Source: Omnitrophica WOR_2 bacterium RIFCSPHIGHO2_02_FULL_67_20
GTDB lineage: Bacteria; Omnitrophota; Gorgyraeia; Aquiviventales; Aquiviventaceae
Direction: 5' to 3'
Length of the DNA: 37,488 nt
Assembly: GCA_001805695.1 (NCBI GenBank)
Contig: MHGT01000032.1
Location: 1 to 37,488, forward strand
Part shown: positions 1-6,452 of the stretch, piece after piece
Layout of the letters: every line of letters starts with the position of its first letter
Position numbering within the stretch: the first letter of the stretch is position 1
Position numbers and translations under genes: made by a program
The notes under the pieces: model-generated
What the model was told of the DNA's origin: nothing
Seen by the model: only the letters and a program-made list of their open reading frames with translations
Databases searched by the model: none

Positions 1-1
1 C

Positions 2-1252
2 CGGCGACAGGCCGAGGCGCGCCTGCTGAAAGAGCAGCGCCGCTACCAGCGCACACTGCAGCTTGCCTCGCGCGGCATGACCCAGGTGCGCAACGTCGAC
101 CGGCTCTCCAACCTCATCACGCGCCTCGTCAGCCGCACCGTGGGCATGACTCATGCCTCGCTCTTCCTCTGGGACGAGACGCATCAGAGCTATGTCCTGC
201 GCGCCAGCCACGGCCCCAAGCGGCTCTCGCTCCAGTCGCGCTACGCGCTGGAGGCCTCGCATCCGCTCATCCGGTGGCTCGTTGAGCACCGCCGGCCGCT
301 GACGGCGGACGACGCCGTCCAGCATCCGGACCGCACGCTGCGCAGCGAGCTGGAGGCGCTGGAGTCGATGCTGGTCATCCCCGGCCTGATGGAGCATCGG
401 CTCACCGGCTTCCTAGCACTTGGCCCGAAGCGCTCGGGTGCGTGGTACTCCTCCGACGACCTCCATGCCTTCTCCACCCTGGCCAACGAGGCCTCGGTCG
501 CCATCGAGAACGCCACCTCCTACGAGGAGCTGCTGAAGGTCAACGAGCAGCTCAAGGCCGCCTCCGAGCGGCTCCTGCGGCAGGAGCGGCTCGCCGCGGC
601 CGGCCAGTTCGCCGCCGGCATGGCGCACGAGATCAAGAACCCGCTCTCCGCCATCAAGACCTTCGCCCAGTACCTGCCGGAGAAGTACATGGATCCGGCC
701 TTCCGGGAGAAGTTCTTCCGCATCGTCCAGGAGGAAATCGACCGCATCAACACCATCATCCAGGAGCTCTCCGACTTCGCCAGGCCCGCCCCGCTGCAGC
801 TGAAGTCCGTCCGGCTCTCCGAGCTGCTGGACGACACCCTTTCGCTGCTCTCCAACCAGTGCCTGAAGCAGGGCATCGAGATTCGTAACTCCTCGAACGA
901 CAATGGGTTGGTGATTCACGCCGACCCCCAGCAGCTCAAGCAAGTCCTCCTTAACCTTCTCCTCAACGGCATGGAGGCCATGGAAGGGGGAGGGCGGCTG
1001 GAGGTCGCCACCCAACTCAAAGGAGATCAAGCGGTTCTGCGGGTCAGCGACACCGGAGCCGGCATCGCCCCGGAATACCTCAGCCAGGTATGGGACCCCT
1101 TCTTCACCACCAAGGAGCGGGGCATGGGGCTCGGGATGGCCATCGTCAAGGGGGTTGTGGAGCGGCATGGCGGCTCCATCCACCTCTCCAGTACCCTCGG
1201 CAAGGGCACTACGGTCGAAGTCTCCTTCCCCGTTCGGCCGCCTGCTTCGTGA
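2..1252 (+). CDS. Sensor histidine kinase (GAF + HisKA + HATPase_c), 5' end outside the window
   Basis: The frame is open from nt 2 (RRQAEARLLKEQRRYQRTLQLASRG precedes the ATG at 77). This stretch aligns with the juxtamembrane region of the paralogue at 9064. H-box AAGMAHEIKNPLSAI, N-box LLNLLLNGMEAM, G-boxes DTGAGI and GMGLGMAIV. Confidence 0.9.
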   Translation, partial: RRQAEARLLKEQRRYQRTLQLASRGMTQVRNVDRLSNLITRLVSRTVGMTHASLFLWDETHQSYVLRASHGPKRLSLQSRYALEASHPLIRWLVEHRRPLTADDAVQHPDRTLRSELEALESMLVIPGLMEHRLTGFLALGPKRSGAWYSSDDLHAFSTLANEASVAIENATSYEELLKVNEQLKAASERLLRQERLAAAGQFAAGMAHEIKNPLSAIKTFAQYLPEKYMDPAFREKFFRIVQEEIDRINTIIQELSDFARPAPLQLKSVRLSELLDDTLSLLSNQCLKQGIEIRNSSNDNGLVIHADPQQLKQVLLNLLLNGMEAMEGGGRLEVATQLKGDQAVLRVSDTGAGIAPEYLSQVWDPFFTTKERGMGLGMAIVKGVVERHGGSIHLSSTLGKGTTVEVSFPVRPPAS

Positions 1253-1266
1253 GGTAAAAATAGCTG

Positions 1267-1296
1267 TTGACCAGCCGGGGGGTAGTTTTGTATAAT
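1267..1296 (+). promoter_or_regulatory. Sigma70-like promoter, TTGACC-18 nt-TATAAT (TG immediately upstream of the -10)
   Basis: Read directly in the AT-rich gap 1253-1398, about 100 nt upstream of the HTH/KAS genes. Confidence 0.45.
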
Positions 1297-1398
1297 AACT
1301 AGTAATAACCAGTACCATTTGTTAGTTTTTGTATGGTTCCCCTGTAGCTTTCAAGCCTGCGGGGCAGGAAAACTACGGGGGTTCTGTATCAGGACCAA

Positions 1399-1638
1399 AT
1401 GGAATTGACCCCACAAGAGGCTGAAATCTTGACCGTTGAGGAGCTTCACGGCTACCTCAAGATCCCCAAGCCGACGCTCTACGCCCTGGCGCAGAACGGC
1501 CGCATCCCGGCCGCCAAGGTCGGCAAGCACTGGCGCTTCCGCCGCAGCGACATCGACGAGTGGCTCAAGGCCCAGCAGTGGAACCGCCCCCTCCAGCGCA
1601 GACAGCGAAAGCCGGCCATCCATGCCGCCAACCAGTAA
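1399..1638 (+). CDS. Small helix-turn-helix DNA-binding protein (excisionase-family / HTH_17-like)
   Basis: 79 aa. LTVEELHGYLKIPKPTLYALAQNGRIPAAKVGKHWRFRRSDIDEWL matches the excisionase-type HTH pattern. Its stop overlaps the start of the next gene. Confidence 0.7.
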   Translation: MELTPQEAEILTVEELHGYLKIPKPTLYALAQNGRIPAAKVGKHWRFRRSDIDEWLKAQQWNRPLQRRQRKPAIHAANQ

Positions 1639-2872
1639 CCGCGTCGCCATCACCGGCCTGGGCGTCATCTCCGCCATCGGAGCGGGGAAAGAGGCGTTCT
1701 GGGACTCGCTCAAGGCCGGCCGGTCCGGCATCAAACGGGTCAGCAAGTTCGACCCCACCCCGTACCCCACCCAGTTCGCCGCCCAGCTCAACGGCTTCGA
1801 CTTCAGCCCGTTCATCGACCCGAAATGGTCGCGCCGCATGGACCTCACCTCCCAGATGGCGGTGGCGGCCGCGAAGATGGCGGTCAAGGACGCCGCACTC
1901 GACCTCGACCAGGAGGACCGGGAGCGCATCGGGGTGGTGGTGGGGACCGCCATGGCGGGCCATGCCTTCATTCTCGAGCAGCACGACGTCTACAAGGAGA
2001 AGGGGCCGATGCGCATCAACCCCTTCACGGCGCTCACCGTGTTTCCCGATGCGCCGGCCAGCTTCATCTCCATCGAGCTGAGGCTTCACGGGCCGAGCTT
2101 CTCGCTGGCGACCGCCTGCTCCTCGGCGCTCGACGCGGTCGGCTACGCCTTCAACGCCATCCGCAAGAAGGAGCTGGACGTCATCCTCATGGGGGGTGCG
2201 GAGGCGACGGTGTTCCCCCAGGCCTTCTCCGCCTTCTGCATGCTGCGGGCGATGTCCCAGCGCAACGACGACCCGGAGCGCGCCTCGCGCCCCTTCGACA
2301 AGGAGCGCGACGGCTTCGTCCTGGGCGAGGGGGCGGGGATGCTCGTCCTCGAGGACCTCGAGCACGCCAGGAAGCGCGGCGCCCACATCTACGCCGAGAT
2401 CGTGGGCTTCGGCATGACCTGCGACGCCTACCACATGACCGCCCCCGAGCCCTCCGGCCGCCAGGCCGCGCGCGCGATCAATATTGCGCTCAAGGATGCC
2501 GGGATCAAGCCCGCCGACATCGACTACATCAACGCCCACGGCACCTCGACCCCGCTCAACGACAAGACCGAAACATTCATCATCAAGCAGGTCTTCGGCC
2601 GGCATGCGTACCACGTGCCGGTGTCGGCCACCAAGTCCATGATCGGCCACCTCATCGGGGCGGCAGGCGCCGTCGAGCTCATCGCCACCACCCTCGCTTT
2701 GGAGCACCAGGTCATTCCGCCCACCATCAACTACGAGATCCCCGACCCTGAGTGCGACCTCGACTACGTCCCCAACGTCGCGCGCAAGGCCACCATCGAT
2801 TTCGCGCTGAAGAACTCGTTCGGCTTCGGCGGCAAGAACTCGGCGTTGGTCGTGAAGAAATATGAAGCATAA
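1622..2872 (+). CDS. Beta-ketoacyl-ACP synthase II paralogue (FabF-like KAS)
   Basis: The ATG at 1622 gives MPPTSNRVAITGLGVISAIG. Cys-His-His triad contexts are present: ATACSSALDAV, NAHGTSTPLND, KSMIGHLIGAAG. 416 aa. The ORF-track start at 1436 is an upstream extension overlapping the HTH gene. Confidence 0.9.
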   Translation: MPPTSNRVAITGLGVISAIGAGKEAFWDSLKAGRSGIKRVSKFDPTPYPTQFAAQLNGFDFSPFIDPKWSRRMDLTSQMAVAAAKMAVKDAALDLDQEDRERIGVVVGTAMAGHAFILEQHDVYKEKGPMRINPFTALTVFPDAPASFISIELRLHGPSFSLATACSSALDAVGYAFNAIRKKELDVILMGGAEATVFPQAFSAFCMLRAMSQRNDDPERASRPFDKERDGFVLGEGAGMLVLEDLEHARKRGAHIYAEIVGFGMTCDAYHMTAPEPSGRQAARAINIALKDAGIKPADIDYINAHGTSTPLNDKTETFIIKQVFGRHAYHVPVSATKSMIGHLIGAAGAVELIATTLALEHQVIPPTINYEIPDPECDLDYVPNVARKATIDFALKNSFGFGGKNSALVVKKYEA

Positions 2873-2875
2873 GGA

Positions 2876-2950
2876 GATTCCGCAGATTTCGAGGTGATTT
2901 CGCCGATTATGAGGTCTATCTGCGAAATCAATCCACAATCTGCGAAATCC
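2876..2950. repeat. Tandem ~9-mer (GATTTCGCA-like) imperfect palindromic element
   Basis: Sequence: gattccgca gatttcgag gtgatttcgcc gatt ... atctgcgaaatc aatccaca atctgcgaaatcc. TGATTTCGCCGAT pairs with ATCTGCGAAATCA with one mismatch. The element starts 4 nt after the KAS stop. Confidence 0.6.
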
Positions 2951-2986
2951 ATTTACATGCAGTTCTTGAATCAGTAGGAGGATACC

Positions 2987-3997
2987 GTGCCGGCCAAGTG
3001 CCCGCTTTTCCATAACCCGAAGATCCTCTGCCGCATCAAGCCGGAGAGCCAGCACCGGTGGGTGGGGACGGAGCGCACGTGGTACATCCGCAACTACTGC
3101 GAGGCGGACTACTACGTGGACTGCGAGGACTTCGAGGCCTACCTCGAGCAGCAGGCCATCGTGAAGGGCAAGATCCTCGTGGTGGACGACGAGACGGTCA
3201 TGCTCGAAACGCTCAGCAGCTTCTTCGGCAGCCGCGGCTACCAGCTCATGACGGCCGCCTCGGCCGAGGCGGCGCTGAAGCTCCTCTCCCAGGAGCAGCC
3301 GGCGTTGGCGCTCATCGACATCAAGCTGCCCGGCATGAACGGGCTGGAGCTGCTCAAGGTCATCAAGCGCGACTACCCGGCGGTGAAGCGATTTATCATC
3401 ACCGCCTACGACGAGGAGAACAAAAAAGCCGCCGAGGCGATCGGCATCGACGCCTTCTTCGCCAAGCCCATCGGCCTCGACGCGCTCAAGAAGAAGGTGA
3501 TCGAGGTCCTCGCCGACTTCGAGCGCCGGCTCGAGCAGCTCGCCAAGCGCGCTCCGGTCGAGGGCGTCCCGTCCGCGAAGCTGCTCTTCATCTCCGAGGT
3601 GCTCGCGCACGAGGAGGACCGGCTCACGCCGTACCTGCGCGCCTGCTTCACCGATGAGAGCCGCTGCGGCGGGCGCTACGAAGTCGAGTTCGCCCACGCC
3701 ATCAACGACGCCCAGCAGAAACTGATGTCGTTCAAGCCCGACATCGTCCTCATCAACTTCGACTCGCTCTACCAGATCCCCTGCGGCCAGATCGCCTCGC
3801 GCATCGTCGAGTCGCCCTATCGCCCCAAGGAGGTCATCGTCTACGGCCTCAACCTCGAGGCGGCGGACAAAGAAACCATCGAGCGCCTCGGCATCCAGTA
3901 CGTCGACCAACGCCGCTCGTTTGCAAAGTTGGTGACCACCGTAAGACAAACAGCCATGAGCTTAGATAGGTCAGCTTCGGGGTCTTCAAGGAGTTGA
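2987..3997 (+). CDS. Response regulator: Cys-rich N-terminal segment + REC + C-terminal pseudo-receiver-like domain, no DNA-binding output
   Basis: AGGAGG at 2976-2981, then GTG at 2987. REC: KILVVDDE...ALIDIKLPGMNG...FIITAY...FFAKP. The C-terminal half is REC-like, but DIVLINFDS has Asn where the phospho-Asp is expected. Confidence 0.8.
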   Translation: MPAKCPLFHNPKILCRIKPESQHRWVGTERTWYIRNYCEADYYVDCEDFEAYLEQQAIVKGKILVVDDETVMLETLSSFFGSRGYQLMTAASAEAALKLLSQEQPALALIDIKLPGMNGLELLKVIKRDYPAVKRFIITAYDEENKKAAEAIGIDAFFAKPIGLDALKKKVIEVLADFERRLEQLAKRAPVEGVPSAKLLFISEVLAHEEDRLTPYLRACFTDESRCGGRYEVEFAHAINDAQQKLMSFKPDIVLINFDSLYQIPCGQIASRIVESPYRPKEVIVYGLNLEAADKETIERLGIQYVDQRRSFAKLVTTVRQTAMSLDRSASGSSRS

Positions 3998-3999
3998 TA

Positions 4000-5289
4000 A
4001 TGGAGAGACGACGATTTCCTAGAGTTACAGCATGTCTGCCCGCTCGTTACTGGTTGTCGAGTCAATCTCCATCCGAAAGCCGCCCAGTCTTAATGGAGGA
4101 TATATCTGAGGGTGGTGCGCGACTCTCTACCACTGAACCTTTAATGATTGGACAGAAAATTCGGTTCGTGTTTGATGGAAATCAGTCCCGACAGAGCCTA
4201 TCAGAACTAAGCGGTATGGTCGCGTGGCAGGAAAACATCGTTGACTACTCAAATGGCGATTCAAGGGACACGGGAATAACTTTCGTCCCGAATGACCCAA
4301 TTACTAAGAACAGAATTAAGCAATGGTTGCTAAAAAGAGAAGTGGTCCCACGACCTCAACTCGATGAGGCTGAACCATCAACCCGCATCGAATCGGCGTA
4401 TGACAGTTCGACAGTTACCTTCAAAGTCTTAAGGGCTTTTGGGTGGGGTCCCTTGATTAATCTTGGTTATTTTCGGTTTCCCTCACCTCTTAGCGCGCTG
4501 AACCTGCTATACAATTTCGCCTTTTTGAAGACGGCCAACATGCTGCCAAGAGCACAAGTTCGATTGGCGAGAAAATCCTTCGAGTTCTTAGACATTCAAG
4601 CAGAAGACGACGTCTTAGACATAGCATGCGGAAGAGGGTACGGCTCCTTCATGATGGCCTGTTCATATCCCAAATCAAGGGTAACAGGGATTGATTTGTT
4701 AACTAACCACATCAGAGTCGCTTCCGCTCTCTATGGGAACGTTGGCAATCTAAGATTCAAATACGGTGATGCGCTAAGCCTGCCATTTGAGAGCGTCAGC
4801 TTTGACAAGGTGTTATGTCTAGAGGCGGCCTTTCACTTTGCAGATCGAGGGAGATTTCTCAAGGAAGCTTATAGAGTCTTGAAAGAAGATGGACGGTTAG
4901 TTGTGGTCGACTTTGCGTGGAAGACTGAGGAAGATCGACGGATCCTTGAAGATGAACCCACACGCTTCGTCCGACGTGAGTGGCAATGGGATGATTTTTT
5001 CTCTGTCGGCGAATACCTAAGGTCAGCGACGTCCGTTGGATTTGAAGTTGAAGGATGTCACAAGTGGGGCAGAAAAGTCACAGGTCCGATCCAGTGCATC
5101 TTTAATACCATTGGGGAAGCTGGGCGGTGGAGTTGGAGTCGTACTGTTATCCACCGCTCCAATCCACTGTTGTATAGCTTAACGGACAACGACTGGGCAA
5201 ACCTCCGTTACTCTGCCAGGGCACATAACTATGTTCGACGCCACGTTGAGTACCTAGTGCTTGTTCTAAAAAAGACGAGCGGTAAGTGA
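4000..5289 (+). CDS. PilZ domain fused to a class I SAM-dependent methyltransferase
   Basis: AAGGAG-6 nt-ATG at 4000. PilZ motifs: RRFPR (RxxxR) and DISEGG (DxSxxG). Methyltransferase motifs: VLDIACGRGYG, VTGIDL, DKVLCLEAAFHF, LKEDGRLVVVDF. Low-GC codon usage. Confidence 0.85.
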   Translation: MERRRFPRVTACLPARYWLSSQSPSESRPVLMEDISEGGARLSTTEPLMIGQKIRFVFDGNQSRQSLSELSGMVAWQENIVDYSNGDSRDTGITFVPNDPITKNRIKQWLLKREVVPRPQLDEAEPSTRIESAYDSSTVTFKVLRAFGWGPLINLGYFRFPSPLSALNLLYNFAFLKTANMLPRAQVRLARKSFEFLDIQAEDDVLDIACGRGYGSFMMACSYPKSRVTGIDLLTNHIRVASALYGNVGNLRFKYGDALSLPFESVSFDKVLCLEAAFHFADRGRFLKEAYRVLKEDGRLVVVDFAWKTEEDRRILEDEPTRFVRREWQWDDFFSVGEYLRSATSVGFEVEGCHKWGRKVTGPIQCIFNTIGEAGRWSWSRTVIHRSNPLLYSLTDNDWANLRYSARAHNYVRRHVEYLVLVLKKTSGK

Positions 5290-6452
5290 AAACTTCAGTG
5301 CCAAGACCCATAGAACGGACAGCACTCGTTACGGGAGGAACCGGCTTGCTGGGTCCCTGGCTAGTGCACGCTTTACTAAACCAAGGGTATCGAAAAATTT
5401 TTGTTTTGGCTAGGGCAAAGGGAAAAACTTCTGCGGAGAATCGGGTATCCGAGGCACTAAAATTTTGCAGAAACGGGAGAGAAATTAGAGGGGCAGACAA
5501 GACAGTTCAAGTGGTGTGCGGTGATATTTGTGAACCCAACCTAGGTTTGTCGCTCCAATTACGTAACGATCTCTTACGACAAATCACAGATATTTTTCAT
5601 ACCGCAGCACGAACCGACCTAAACGCTCCTCTCAACGCTCTTCGCCTCCCCAACGTCGTAGGAGCAGAGAATGTATTTAGACTAGCTTTGCATGGTAGTC
5701 AGCTAAACGGCCACACAATTCGCGTCCATCATGTTAGTAGTGTCACCGTTGCTGGCAATTTGCAGGGATGGTTTTCAGAAAGTCAATTTAGTTGCAGCCA
5801 GCGCTTTCACAATGCATATGAGCAGACCAAGTTCGAGGCGGAACAACTCGCCCTGGAATACAGAAACAAAGGTCTGAACGTTGCAATTTACAGACCAGGA
5901 ATTATCACGGGTGATTCTGTTCGCGGTACCACAAGTGGTTTCAAGGTGATTTACCAGCCTTTACGGTTCCTGGCGCATAATTTGTTTAATGAGTGGCCTG
6001 CGCGTGAGGATGCGCCGCTCTCCTTGGTGCCAGTTGATAAAGTTGCTGAGGCGCTTTGCCTTCTTTCTTGGGTTGAGTATCCATTGCGAGGGGCATGGCA
6101 TCTGGTCAATCCCGAAGATACTACTTTGGGAAAATTAATTGATGTAGGAATACAAGTGTTTGGGTGTCACAGGCCTGCCCTGATCCCGGCGGAGCATTTC
6201 AACAAATCACGATTCTCTCTTACTCAGTGGCGGCTAATTGGACCGTTTGTTCCGTACTTGAACTACCGCGTAAGATTTAGTTCAAGCTATACGAAAGAAG
6301 TATTAAACAAAGCAGGATTTAAATGGCCGAAGATGGATAGTGGCATGCTGGGAAAGTTGTATCGGTACTGCGGCAATTCAGGCTTCATTCGGCCACGCTC
6401 TATAGTTCCCGCTCGGAAGACGTTTTCCTCAATATTTGGAAGAACCAGATGA
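5286..6452 (+). CDS. Stand-alone thioester-reductase / fatty-acyl reductase-type extended SDR (NAD_binding_4-like)
   Basis: GTGA start/stop overlap with the upstream gene. ALVTGGTGLLG Rossmann motif, IFHTAA, VHHVSSVTV, YEQTKFEAE (YxxxK), AIYRPGIITGDS, SLVPVD. Low GC. Confidence 0.75.
   Translation: MKTSVPRPIERTALVTGGTGLLGPWLVHALLNQGYRKIFVLARAKGKTSAENRVSEALKFCRNGREIRGADKTVQVVCGDICEPNLGLSLQLRNDLLRQITDIFHTAARTDLNAPLNALRLPNVVGAENVFRLALHGSQLNGHTIRVHHVSSVTVAGNLQGWFSESQFSCSQRFHNAYEQTKFEAEQLALEYRNKGLNVAIYRPGIITGDSVRGTTSGFKVIYQPLRFLAHNLFNEWPAREDAPLSLVPVDKVAEALCLLSWVEYPLRGAWHLVNPEDTTLGKLIDVGIQVFGCHRPALIPAEHFNKSRFSLTQWRLIGPFVPYLNYRVRFSSSYTKEVLNKAGFKWPKMDSGMLGKLYRYCGNSGFIRPRSIVPARKTFSSIFGRTR

Noticed and set aside
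1436-1621. ORF-track N-terminal extensions: KAS from 1436, gspF from 16296, gspG frame from 16898, gspK from 19075, gspM-like from 21961, secretin from 24041, PHP from 34711, ribD from 35604, fabG from 11940.
   Set aside because: The extensions are Arg/Pro/Ala-rich read-through of upstream genes or of repeat elements. Internal starts give canonical N-termini and tidy start/stop junctions.
1565-3949. 794-aa minus-strand ORF. The similar long antisense ORFs at 7064-8596, 8935-10725, 10659-11831, 20379-22025, 24539-26152 and 28962-32429 belong in the same category.
   Set aside because: Their compositions are Arg/Gly/Ala/Asp/Leu-rich and low in complexity, which is typical of the antisense frame of high-GC genes. 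Each fully overlaps a + strand gene with clear family motifs, and none shows a recognisable domain.
5147-5500. 117-aa minus-strand ORF in the low-GC cassette, and smaller ones at 6853-7056 and 2764-2952.
   Set aside because: They overlap the junction of two well-supported + strand genes or a repeat element, and they have no motifs and no plausible start context.
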